Source: the human T2T-CHM13v2.0 reference genome, Homo sapiens. Taken from it: DNA of 64,000 nucleotides. Location: NCBI RefSeq assembly GCF_009914755.1, contig NC_060934.1, one strand, 5' to 3'. Below are positions 49,296-62,700 of this stretch, piece by piece; positions within the stretch are counted from its first letter, which is position 1, and every line of letters starts with the position of its first letter. Both the position numbers and the translations under genes were made by a program. Below the pieces are notes generated by a model. That model made no database searches. It worked only from the letters and a program-made list of their open reading frames with translations, and was not told where the DNA came from.

Positions 49296-52200
49296 GTGAT
49301 GTGTGCGTTCAACTCACAGAGTTTAACCTTTCTTTTCATAGAGCAGTTTGGAAACACTCTGTTTGTAAAGCCTGCAAGTGCTTTTTTGGACTTCATTGAG
49401 GCCTTCGTTGGAAACGGGATTTCTTCATATAATGCTAGACAGAAGAATTCTCAGTCACTTCTTTGTGTTGTGTGTATTCAAGTCACAGAGTTGAACCTTC
49501 CTTTAGACAGAGCAGTTTTGAAAAATTCTTTCTGTGGAATTTGCAAGTGGAGATTTCAAGCAATTTGAGGCTAATCTTTGAAATGGAAATATCTTCGTGT
49601 AAAAACTACACAGAATCATTCTCAGAAACTGCTTTGTCATCTGTGCGTTCAGTTCACAGAGTTTCACCTTTCTCTTCATAGAGCAGTTTGGAAAGACTCT
49701 GTCTGTAAAGTCTGCAAGTGATTAGTTAGACCCCTTTGAGGCCTTCGTTGGAAGCGGGATTTCTCATTTACTGCTAGACAGAAGAATTCTCAGTAAATCC
49801 TTTGTGTTGTGTGTATTCAACTCACAGAGTGGAACCTTCCTTTATTCAGAGCAGTTTTGAAACACTCTTTTTGTGGAATTTGCAAGTGGAGATTTCAAGC
49901 GATTTGACGCCAATCTTAGACATGGAAATATCTTCACATTAAAAGTACACAGAGTCATTCGTAGAAACTAGTTTGTGATGTGTGCCTTCAACTCACAGAG
50001 TTTAACCTTTCTTTTCATAGAGCAGTTGGGAAACACTCTATTTGTAAAGTCTGCAAGTGGATATTTGGACCTCTTTGAGGCCTTCGTTGGAAACGGGATT
50101 TCTTCATATAACGCTAGACAGAAGAATTCTCAGTAACTTCTTTGTGTTGTGTGTATTCAACTCACAGAGTTGAACCTTTCTTTAGAGGGAGCAGAGGTGA
50201 AACACTCTTTTTGTGGAATTTGCTAGTGTAGATTTCAAACGCTTCGAAGACAGTGATAGAAAAGGATATATCTTCGTATTAAAAGTAGACAAAATCATTC
50301 TCAGAAAACTCTTTGTGATGTGTGTGTTCAACTCACAGAGTTTAACCTTTCTTTAATCGAGCAGTTTGGAAATACACTCTTTGTAAGTCTGCAGGTGGAT
50401 ATTTGGCCCTCTTTGAGCCCTTCGTTGGAAACGGGATTTCCTCATATAATGCTAGACAGAAGAATTCTCAGTAACTTCTTTGTGTTGTTTGTATTCAACA
50501 CACAGATTTGAACCTTCCTTTAGAGAGAGCAGATTTGAAACACTCTGTTTTTGGAATTTGCAAGTGCAGATTTCAAGCGCTTCTAGGCCTATGGCAGAAA
50601 AGGAAATATCTTCGTATAAAAACTACACAGAATCATTCTCAACAACTACTTTGTGATGTGTGCGTTCAACTCACAGAGTTTAACCTTTCTTTTCATAGAG
50701 CAGTTTGGAAACACTCTGTTTGTAAAGCCTGCAAGTGCTTTTTTGCACTTCATTGAGGCCTTCGTTGGAAACGGGATTTCTTCATATAATGCTAGACAGA
50801 AGAATTCTCAGTCACTTCTTTGTGTTGTGTGTATTCAAGTCACAGAGTTGAACCTTCCTTTAGACAGAGCAGTTTTGAAAAATTCTTTCTGTGGAGTTTG
50901 CAAGTGGAGATTTCAAGCGATTTGAGGCTAATCTTTGAAATGGAAATATCTTCGTGTAAAAACTACACAGAATCATTCTCAGAAACTGCTTTGTCATCTG
51001 TGCGTTCAGTTCACAGAGTTTCACCTTTCTCTTCATAGAGCAGTTTGGAAAGACTCTGTCTGTAAAGTCTGCAAGTGATTAGTTAGACCCCTTTGAGGCC
51101 TTCGTTGGAAGCGGGATTTCTCATTTACTGCTAGACAGAAGAATTCTCAGTAAATCCTTTGTGTTGTGTGTATTCAACTCACAGAGTGGAACCTTCCTTT
51201 ATTCAGAGCAGTTTTGAAACACTCTTTTTGTGGAATTTGCAAGTGGAGATTTCAAGCGATTTGACGCCAATCTTAGACATGGAAATATCTTCACATTAAA
51301 AGTACACAGAGTCATTCGTAGAAACTAGTTTGTGATGTGTGCCTTCAACTCACAGAGTTTAACCTTTCTTTTCATAGAGCAGTTGGGAAACACTCTATTT
51401 GTAAAGTCTGCAAGTGGATATTTGGACCTCTTTGAGGCCTTCGTTGGAAACGGGATTTCTTCATATAACGCTAGACAGAAGAATTCTCAGTAACTTCTTT
51501 GTGTTGTGTGTATTCAACTCACAGAGTTGAACCTTTCTTTAGAGGGAGCAGAGGTGAAACACTCTTTTTGTGGAATTTGCTAGTGTAGATTTCAAACGCT
51601 TCGAAGACAGTGATAGAAAAGGATATATCTTCGTATTAAAAGTAGACAAAATCATTCTCAGAAAACTCTTTGTGATGTGTGTGTTCAACTCACAGAGTTT
51701 AACCTTTCTTTAATCGAGCAGTTTGGAAATACACTCTTTGTAAGTCTGCAGGTGGATATTTGGCCCTCTTTGAGCCCTTCGTTGGAAACGGGATTTCCTC
51801 ATATAATGCTAGACAGAAGAATTCTCAGTAACTTCTTTGTGTTGTTTGTATTCAACACACAGATTTGAACCTTCCTTTAGAGAGAGCAGATTTGAAACAC
51901 TCTGTTTTTGGAATTTGCAAGTGCAGATTTCAAGCGCTTCTAGGCCTATGGCAGAAAAGGAAATATCTTCGTATAAAAACTACACAGAATCATTCTCAAC
52001 AACTACTTTGTGATGTGTGCGTTCAACTCACAGAGTTTAACCTTTCTTTTCATAGAGCAGTTTGGAAACACTCTGTTTGTAAAGCCTGCAAGTGCTTTTT
52101 TGCACTTCATTGAGGCCTTCGTTGGAAACGGGATTTCTTCATATAATGCTAGACAGAAGAATTCTCAGTCACTTCTTTGTGTTGTGTGTATTCAAGTCAC

Positions 52201-55200
52201 AGAGTTGAACCTTCCTTTAGACAGAGCAGTTTTGAAAAATTCTTTCTGTGGAGTTTGCAAGTGGAGATTTCAAGCGATTTGAGGCTAATCTTTGAAATGG
52301 AAATATCTTCGTGTAAAAACTACACAGAATCATTCTCAGAAACTGCTTTGTCATCTGTGCGTTCAGTTCACAGAGTTTCACCTTTCTCTTCATAGAGCAG
52401 TTTGGAAAGACTCTGTCTGTAAAGTCTGCAAGTGATTAGTTAGACCCCTTTGAGGCCTTCGTTGGAAGCGGGATTTCTCATTTACTGCTAGACAGAAGAA
52501 TTCTCAGTAAATCCTTTGTGTTGTGTGTATTCAACTCACAGAGTGGAACCTTCCTTTATTCAGAGCAGTTTTGAAAAACACTTTTTGTGGAATTTGCAAG
52601 TGGAGATTTCAAGCGATTTGACGCCAATCTTAGACATGGAAATATCTTCATATTAAAAGTACACAGAGTCATTCGTAGAAACTAGTTTGTGATGTGTGCC
52701 TTCAACTCACAGAGTTTAACCTTTCTTTTCATAGAGCAGTTTGGAAACACTCTATTTGTAAAGTCTGCAAGTGGATATTTGGACCTCTTTGAGGCCTTCG
52801 TTGGAAACGGGATTTCTTCATACAACGCTAGACAGAAGAATTCTCAGTAACTTCTTTGTGTTGTGTGTATTCAACTCACAGAGTTGAACCTTTCTTTAGA
52901 GAGAGCAGAGTTGAAACACTCTGTTTTTGGAATTTGCAACTGCAGATTTCAAGCGATTCTAGGCCTATGGCAGAAAAGGAAATATCTTCGTATAAAAACT
53001 ACACAGAATCATTCTCAACAACTACTTTGTGATGTGTGCGTTCAACTCACAGAGTTTAACCTTTCTTTTCATAGAGCAGTTTGGAAACACTCTGTTTGTA
53101 AAGCCTGCAAGTGCTTTTTTGGACTTCATTGAGGCCTTCGTTGGAAACGGGATTTCTTCATATAATGCTAGACAGAAGAATTCTCAGTCACTTCTTTGTG
53201 TTGTGTGTATTCAAGTCACAGAGTTGAACCTTCCTTTAGACAGAGCAGTTTTGAAAAATTCTTTCTGTGGAATTTGCAAGTGGAGATTTCAAGCAATTTG
53301 AGGCTAATCTTTGAAATGGAAATATCTTCGTGTAAAAACTACACAGAATCATTCTCAGAAACTGCTTTGTCATCTGTGCGTTCAGTTCACAGAGTTTCAC
53401 CTTTCTCTTCATAGAGCAGTTTGGAAAGACTCTGTCTGTAAAGTCTGCAAGTGATTAGTTAGACCCCTTTGAGGCCTTCGTTGGAAGCGGGATTTCTCAT
53501 TTACTGCTAGACAGAAGAATTCTCAGTAAATCCTTTGTGTTGTGTGTATTCAACTCACAGAGTGGAACCTTCCTTTATTCAGAGCAGTTTTGAAACACTC
53601 TTTTTGTGGAATTTGCAAGTGGAGATTTCAAGCGATTTGACGCCAATCTTAGACATGGAAATATCTTCACATTAAAAGTACACAGAGTCATTCGTAGAAA
53701 CTAGTTTGTGATGTGTGCCTTCAACTCACAGAGTTTAACCTTTCTTTTCATAGAGCAGTTGGGAAACACTCTATTTGTAAAGTCTGCAAGTGGATATTTG
53801 GACCTCTTTGAGGCCTTCGTTGGAAACGGGATTTCTTCATATAACGCTAGACAGAAGAATTCTCAGTAACTTCTTTGTGTTGTGTGTATTCAACTCACAG
53901 AGTTGAACCTTTCTTTAGAGGGAGCAGAGGTGAAACACTCTTTTTGTGGAATTTGCTAGTGTAGATTTCAAACGCTTCGAAGACAGTGATAGAAAAGGAT
54001 ATATCTTCGTATTAAAAGTAGACAAAATCATTCTCAGAAAACTCTTTGTGATGTGTGTGTTCAACTCACAGAGTTTAACCTTTCTTTAATCGAGCAGTTT
54101 GGAAATACACTCTTTGTAAGTCTGCAGGTGGATATTTGGCCCTCTTTGAGCCCTTCGTTGGAAACGGGATTTCCTCATATAATGCTAGACAGAAGAATTC
54201 TCAGTAACTTCTTTGTGTTGTTTGTATTCAACACACAGATTTGAACCTTCCTTTAGAGAGAGCAGATTTGAAACACTCTGTTTTTGGAATTTGCAAGTGC
54301 AGATTTCAAGCGCTTCTAGGCCTATGGCAGAAAAGGAAATATCTTCGTATAAAAACTACACAGAATCATTCTCAACAACTACTTTGTGATGTGTGCGTTC
54401 AACTCACAGAGTTTAACCTTTCTTTTCATAGAGCAGTTTGGAAACACTCTGTTTGTAAAGCCTGCAAGTGCTTTTTTGCACTTCATTGAGGCCTTCGTTG
54501 GAAACGGGATTTCTTCATATAATGCTAGACAGAAGAATTCTCAGTCACTTCTTTGTGTTGTGTGTATTCAAGTCACAGAGTTGAACCTTCCTTTAGACAG
54601 AGCAGTTTTGAAAAATTCTTTCTGTGGAGTTTGCAAGTGGAGATTTCAAGCGATTTGAGGCTAATCTTTGAAATGGAAATATCTTCGTGTAAAAACTACA
54701 CAGAATCATTCTCAGAAACTGCTTTGTCATCTGTGCGTTCAGTTCACAGAGTTTCACCTTTCTCTTCATAGAGCAGTTTGGAAAGACTCTGTCTGTAAAG
54801 TCTGCAAGTGATTAGTTAGACCCCTTTGAGGCCTTCGTTGGAAGCGGGATTTCTCATTTACTGCTAGACAGAAGAATTCTCAGTAAATCCTTTGTGTTGT
54901 GTGTATTCAACTCACAGAGTGGAACCTTCCTTTATTCAGAGCAGTTTTGAAACACTCTTTTTGTGGAATTTGCAAGTGGAGATTTCAAGCGATTTGACGC
55001 CAATCTTAGACATGGAAATATCTTCACATTAAAAGTACACAGAGTCATTCGTAGAAACTAGTTTGTGATGTGTGCCTTCAACTCACAGAGTTTAACCTTT
55101 CTTTTCATAGAGCAGTTGGGAAACACTCTATTTGTAAAGTCTGCAAGTGGATATTTGGACCTCTTTGAGGCCTTCGTTGGAAACGGGATTTCTTCATATA

Positions 55201-56757
55201 ACGCTAGACAGAAGAATTCTCAGTAACTTCTTTGTGTTGTGTGTATTCAACTCACAGAGTTGAACCTTTCTTTAGAGGGAGCAGAGGTGAAACACTCTTT
55301 TTGTGGAATTTGCTAGTGTAGATTTCAAACGCTTCGAAGACAGTGATAGAAAAGGATATATCTTCGTATTAAAAGTAGACAAAATCATTCTCAGAAAACT
55401 CTTTGTGATGTGTGTGTTCAACTCACAGAGTTTAACCTTTCTTTAATCGAGCAGTTTGGAAATACACTCTTTGTAAGTCTGCAGGTGGATATTTGGCCCT
55501 CTTTGAGCCCTTCGTTGGAAACGGGATTTCCTCATATAATGCTAGACAGAAGAATTCTCAGTAACTTCTTTGTGTTGTTTGTATTCAACACACAGATTTG
55601 AACCTTCCTTTAGAGAGAGCAGATTTGAAACACTCTGTTTTTGGAATTTGCAAGTGCAGATTTCAAGCGCTTCTAGGCCTATGGCAGAAAAGGAAATATC
55701 TTCGTATAAAAACTACACAGAATCATTCTCAACAACTACTTTGTGATGTGTGCGTTCAACTCACAGAGTTTAACCTTTCTTTTCATAGAGCAGTTTGGAA
55801 ACACTCTGTTTGTAAAGCCTGCAAGTGCTTTTTTGGACTTCATTGAGGCCTTCGTTGGAAACGGGATTTCTTCATATAATGCTAGACAGAAGAATTCTCA
55901 GTCACTTCTTTGTGTTGTGTGTATTCAAGTCACAGAGTTGAACCTTCCTTTAGACAGAGCAGTTTTGAAAAATTCTTTCTGTGGAGTTTGCAAGTGGAGA
56001 TTTCAAGCGATTTGAGGCTAATCTTTGAAATGGAAATATCTTCGTGTAAAAACTACACAGAATCATTCTCAGAAACTGCTTTGTCATCTGTGCGTTCAGT
56101 TCACAGAGTTTCACCTTTCTCTTCATAGAGCAGTTTGGAAAGACTCTGTAAAGTCTGCAAGTGATTAGTTAGACCCCTTTGAGGCCTTCGTTGGAAGCGG
56201 GATTTCTCATTTACTGCTAGACAGGAGAATTCTCAGTAAATCCTTTGTGTTGTGTGTATTCAACTCACAGAGTGGAACCTTCCTTTATTCAGAGCAGTTT
56301 TGAAACACTCTTTTTGTGGAATTTGCAAGTGGAGATTTCAAGCGATTTGACGCCAATCTTAGACATGGAAATATCTTCATATTAAAAGTACACAGAGTCA
56401 TTCGTAGAAACTAGTTTGTGATGTGTGCCTTCAACTCACAGAGTTTAACCTTTCTTTTCATAGAGCAGTTTGGAAACACTCTATTTGTAAAGTCTGCAAG
56501 TGGATATTTGGACCTCTTTGAGGCCTTCGTTGGAAACGGGATTTCTTCATACAACGCTAGACAGAAGAATTCTCAGTAACTTCTTTGTGTTGTGTGTATT
56601 CAACTCACAGAGTTGAACCTTTCTTTAGAGAGAGCAGAGTTGAAACACTCTGTTTTTGGAATTTGCAACTGCAGATTTCAAGCGATTCTAGGCCTATGGC
56701 AGAAAAGGAAATATCTTCGTATAAAAACTACACAGAATCATTCTCAACAACTACTTT
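49296..56757 (+). repeat. Tandem 22-monomer (8+8+6) super-repeat, 3733-bp period, two copies
   Basis: Units 49296/53029, 50653/54386 and 52010/55743 are each 3733 bp apart and share the GGAATTTG, GCAATTTG and TTCACATT variants. Confidence 0.85.
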
Positions 56758-59700
56758 GTGATGTGTGCGTTCAACTCACAGAGTTTAACCTTTCTTTTCA
56801 TAGGGCAGTTTGGAAACACTCTGTTTGTAAAGCCTGCAAGTGCTTTTTTGGACTTCATTGAGGCCTTCGTTGGAAACGGGATTTCTTCATGTAATGCTAG
56901 ACAGAAGAATTCTCAGTCACTTCTTTGTGTTGTGTGTATTCAAGTCACAGAGTTGAACCTTCCTTTAGACAGAGCAGTTTTGAAAAATTCTTTCTGTGGA
57001 GTTTGCAAGTGGAGATTTCAAGCGATTTGAGGCTAATCTTTGAAATGGAAATATCTTCGTGTAAAAACTACACAGAATCATTCTCAGAAACTGCTTTGTC
57101 ATCTGTGCGTTCAGTTCACAGAGTTTCACCTTTCTCTTCATAGAGCAGTTTGGAAAGACTCTGTCTGTACAGTCTGCAAGTGATTAGTTAGACCCCTTTG
57201 AGGCCTTCGTTGGAAGCGGGATTTCTCATTTACTGCTAGACAGGAGAATTCTCAGTAAATCCTTTGTGTTGTGTGTATTCAACTCACAGAGTGGAACCTT
57301 CCTTTATTCAGAGCAGTTTTGAAAAACACTTTTTGTGGAATTTGCAAGTGGAGATTTCAAGCGATTTGACGTCAATCTTAGACATGGAAATATCTTCATA
57401 TTAAAAGTACACAGAGTCATTCGTAGAAACTAGTTTGTGATGTGTGCCTTCAACTCACAGAGTTTAACCTTTCTTTTCATAGAGCAGTTTGGAAACACTC
57501 TATTTGTAAAGTCTGCAAGTGGATATTTGGACCTCTTTGAGGCCTTCGTTGGAAACGGGATTTCTTCATACAACGCTAGACAGAAGAATTCTCAGTAACT
57601 TCTTTGTGTTGTGTGTATTCAACTCACAGAGTTGAACCTTTCTTTAGAGAGAGCAGAGTTGAAACACTCTGTTTTTGGAATTTGCAACTGCAGATTTCAA
57701 GCGATTCTAGGCCTATGGCAGAAAAGGAAATATCTTCGTATAAAAACTACACAGAATCATTCTCAACAACTACTTTGTGATGTGTGCGTTCAACTCACAG
57801 AGTTTAACCTTTCTTTTCATAGAGCAGTTTGGAAACACTCTGTTTGTAAAGCCTGCAAGTGCTTTTTTGGACTTCATTGAGGCCTTCGTTGGAAACGGGA
57901 TTTCTTCATATAATGCTAGACAGAAGAATTCTCAGTCACTTCTTTGTGTTGTGTGTATTCAAGTCACAGAGTTGAACCTTCCTTTAGACAGAGCAGTTTT
58001 GAAAAATTCTTTCTGTGTAATTTGCAAGTGGAGATTTCAAGCGATTTGAGGCTAATCTTTGAAATGGAAATATCTTCGTGTAAAAACTACACAGAATCAT
58101 TCTCAGAAACTGCTTTGTCATCTGTGCGTTCAGTTCACAGAGTTTCACCTTTCTCTTCATAGAGCAGTTTGGAAAGACTCTGTCTGTAAAGTCTGCAAGT
58201 GATTAGTTAGACCCCTTTGAGGCCTTCGTTGGAAGCGGGATTTCTCATTTACTGCTAGACAGAAGAATTCTCAGTAAATCCTTTGTGTTGTGTGTATTCA
58301 ACTCACAGAGTGGAACCTTCCTTTATTCAGAGCAGTTTTGAAAAACACTTTTTGTGGAATTTGCAAGTGGAGATTTCAAGCGATTTGACGCCAATCTTAG
58401 ACATGGAAATATCTTCATATTAAAAGTACACAGAGTCATTCGTAGAAACTAGTTTGTGATGTGTGCCTTCAACTCACAGAGTTTAACCTTTCTTTTCATA
58501 GAGCAGTTTGGAAACACTCTATTTGTAAAGTCTGCAAGTGGATATTTGGACCTCTTTGAGGCCTTCGTTGGAAACGGGATTTCTTCATACAACGCTAGAC
58601 AGAAGAATTCTCAGTAACTTCTTTGTGTTGTGTGTATTCAACTCACAGAGTTGAACCTTTCTTTAGAGAGAGCAGAGTTGAAACACTCTGTTTTTGGAAT
58701 TTGCAACTGCAGATTTCAAGCGATTCTAGGCCTATGGCAGAAAAGGAAATATCTTCGTATAAAAACTACACAGAATCATTCTCAACAACTACTTTGTGAT
58801 GTGTGCGTTCAACTCACAGAGTTTAACCTTTCTTTTCATAGAGCAGTTTGGAAACACTCTGTTTGTAAAGCCTGCAAGTGCTTTTTTGGACTTCATTGAG
58901 GCCTTCGTTGGAAACGGGATTTCTTCATATAATGCTAGACAGAAGAATTCTCAGTCACTTCTTTGTGTTGTGTGTATTCAAGTCACAGAGTTGAACCTTC
59001 CTTTAGACAGAGCAGTTTTGAAAAATTCTTTCTGTGTAATTTGCAAGTGGAGATTTCAAGCGATTTGAGGCTAATCTTTGAAATGGAAATATCTTCGTGT
59101 AAAAACTACACAGAATCATTCTCAGAAACTGCTTTGTCATCTGTGCGTTCAGTTCACAGAGTTTCACCTTTCTCTTCATAGAGCAGTTTGGAAAGACTCT
59201 GTCTGTAAAGTCTGCAAGTGATTAGTTAGACCCCTTTGAGGCCTTCGTTGGAAGCGGGATTTCTCATTTACTGCTAGACAGAAGAATTCTCAGTAAATCC
59301 TTTGTGTTGTGTGTATTCAACTCACAGAGTGGAACCTTCCTTTATTCAGAGCAGTTTTGAAACACTCTTTTTGTGGAATTTGCAAGTGGAGATTTCAAGC
59401 GATTTGACGCCAATCTTAGACATGGAAATATCTTCACATTAAAAGTACACAGAGTCATTCGTAGAAACTAGTTTGTGATGTGTGCCTTCAACTCACAGAG
59501 TTTAACCTTTCTTTTCATAGAGCAGTTGGGAAACACTCTATTTGTAAAGTCTGCAAGTGGATATTTGGACCTCTTTGAGGCCTTCGTTGGAAACGGGATT
59601 TCTTCATATAACGCTAGACAGAAGAATTCTCAGTAACTTCTTTGTGTTGTGTGTATTCAACTCACAGAGTTGAACCTTTCTTTAGAGGGAGCAGAGGTGA

Positions 59701-62700
59701 AACACTCTTTTTGTGGAATTTGCTAGTGTAGATTTCAAACGCTTCGAAGACAGTGATAGAAAAGGATATATCTTCGTATTAAAAGTAGACAAAATCATTC
59801 TCAGAAAACTCTTTGTGATGTGTGTGTTCAACTCACAGAGTTTAACCTTTCTTTAATCGAGCAGTTTGGAAATACACTCTTTGTAAGTCTGCAGGTGGAT
59901 ATTTGGCCCTCTTTGAGCCCTTCGTTGGAAACGGGATTTCCTCATATAATGCTAGACAGAAGAATTCTCAGTAACTTCTTTGTGTTGTTTGTATTCAACA
60001 CACAGATTTGAACCTTCCTTTAGAGAGAGCAGATTTGAAACACTCTGTTTTTGGAATTTGCAAGTGCAGATTTCAAGCGCTTCTAGGCCTATGGCAGAAA
60101 AGGAAATATCTTCGTATAAAAACTACACAGAATCATTCTCAACAACTACTTTGTGATGTGTGCGTTCAACTCACAGAGTTTAACCTTTCTTTTCATAGAG
60201 CAGTTTGGAAACACTCTGTTTGTAAAGCCTGCAAGTGCTTTTTTGCACTTCATTGAGGCCTTCGTTGGAAACGGGATTTCTTCATATAATGCTAGACAGA
60301 AGAATTCTCAGTCACTTCTTTGTGTTGTGTGTATTCAAGTCACAGAGTTGAACCTTCCTTTAGACAGAGCAGTTTTGAAAAATTCTTTCTGTGGAGTTTG
60401 CAAGTGGAGATTTCAAGCGATTTGAGGCTAATCTTTGAAATGGAAATATCTTCGTGTAAAAACTACACAGAATCATTCTCAGAAACTGCTTTGTCATCTG
60501 TGCGTTCAGTTCACAGAGTTTCACCTTTCTCTTCATAGAGCAGTTTGGAAAGACTCTGTCTGTAAAGTCTGCAAGTGATTAGTTAGACCCCTTTGAGGCC
60601 TTCGTTGGAAGCGGGATTTCTCATTTACTGCTAGACAGGAGAATTCTCAGTAAATCCTTTGTGTTGTGTGTATTCAACTCACAGAGTGGAACCTTCCTTT
60701 ATTCAGAGCAGGTTTGAAACACTCTTTTTGTGGAATTTGCAAGTGGAGATTTCAAGCGATTTGACGCCAATCTTAGACATGGAAATATCTTCATATTAAA
60801 AGTACACAGAGTCATTCGTAGAAACTAGTTTGTGATGTGTGCCTTCAACTCACAGAGTTTAACCTTTCTTTTCATAGAGCAGTTTGGAAACACTCTATTT
60901 GTAAAGTCTGCAAGTGGATATTTGGACCTCTTTGAGGCCTTCGTTGGAAACGGGATTTCTTCATACAACGCTAGACAGAAGAATTCTCAGTAACTTCTTT
61001 GTGTTGTGTGTATTCAACTCACAGAGTTGAACCTTTCTTTAGAGAGAGCAGAGTTGAAACACTCTGTTTTTGGAATTTGCAACTGCAGATTTCAAGCGAT
61101 TCTAGGCCTATGGCAGAAAAGGAAATATCTTCGTATAAAAACTACACAGAATCATTCTCAACAACTACTTTGTGATGTGTGCGTTCAACTCACAGAGTTT
61201 AACCTTTCTTTTCATAGAGCAGTTTGGAAACACTCTGTTTGTATAGCCTGCAAGTGCTTTTTTGGACTTCATTGAGGCCTTCGTTGGAAACGGGATTTCT
61301 TCATGTAATGCTAGACAGAAGAATTCTCAGTCACTTCTTTGTGTTGTGTGTATTCAAGTCACAGAGTTGAACCTTCCTTTAGACAGAGCAGTTTTGAAAA
61401 ATTCTTTCTGTGGAGTTTGCAAGTGGAGATTTCAAGCGATTTGAGGCTAATCTTTGAAATGGAAATATCTTCGTGTAAAAACTACACAGAATCATTCTCA
61501 GAAACTGCTTTGTCATCTGTGCGTTCAGTTCACAGAGTTTCACCTTTCTCTTCATAGAGCAGTTTGGAAAGACTCTGTCTGTAAAGTCTGCAAGTGATTA
61601 GTTAGACCCCTTTGAGGCCTTCGTTGGAAGCGGGATTTCTCATTTACTGCTAGACAGAAGAATTCTCAGTAAATCCTTTGTGTTGTGTGTATTCAACTCA
61701 CAGAGTGGAACCTTCCTTTATTCAGAGCAGTTTTGAAACACTCTTTTTGTGGAATTTGCAAGTGGAGATTTCAAGCGATTTGACGCCAATCTTAGACATG
61801 GAAATATCTTCATATTAAAAGTACACAGAGTCATTCGTAGAAACTAGTTTGTGATGTGTGCCTTCAACTCACAGAGTTTAACCTTTCTTTTCATAGAGCA
61901 GTTGGGAAACACTCTATTTGTAAAGTCTGCAAGTGGATATTTGGACCTCTTTGAGGCCTTCGTTGGAAACGGGATTTCTTCATATAACGCTAGACAGAAG
62001 AATTCTCAGTAACTTCTTTGTGTTGTGTGTATTCAACTCACAGAGTTGAACCTTTCTTTAGAGGGAGCAGAGGTGAAACACTCTTTTTGTGGAATTTGCT
62101 AGTGTAGATTTCAAACGCTTCGAAGTCAGTGATAGAAAAGGATGTATCTTCGTATTAAAAGTAGACAAAATCATTCTCAGAAAACTCTTTGTGATGTGTG
62201 TGTTCAACTCACAGAGTTTAACCTTTCTTTAATCGAGCAGTTTGGAAATACACTCTTTGTAAGTCTGCAGGTGGATATTTGGCCCTCTTTGAGCCCTTCG
62301 TTGGAAACGGGATTTCCTCATATAATGCTAGACAGAAGAATTCTCAGTAACTTCTTTGTGTTGTTTGTATTCAACACACAGATTTGAACCTTCCTTTAGA
62401 GAGAGCAGATTTGAAACACTCTGTTTTTGGAATTTGCAAGTGCAGATTTCAAGCGCTTCTAGGCCTATGGCAGAAAAGGAAATATCTTCGTATAAAAACT
62501 ACACAGAATCATTCTCAACAACTACTTTGTGATGTGTGCGTTCAACTCACAGAGTTTAACCTTTCTTTTCATAGAGCAGTTTGGAAACACTCTGTTTGTA
62601 AAGCCTGCAAGTGCTTTTTTGGACTTCATTGAGGCCTTCGTTGGAAACGGGATTTCTTCATATAATGCTAGACAGAAGAATTCTCAGTCACTTCTTTGTG

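Noticed and set aside
57167-57170. Extra RsaI site (GTAC) and other isolated single-copy SNVs (e.g. 946, 15739, 27441, 34567, 35986)
   Set aside because: These are ordinary private point mutations or base errors, useful only as mapping markers.
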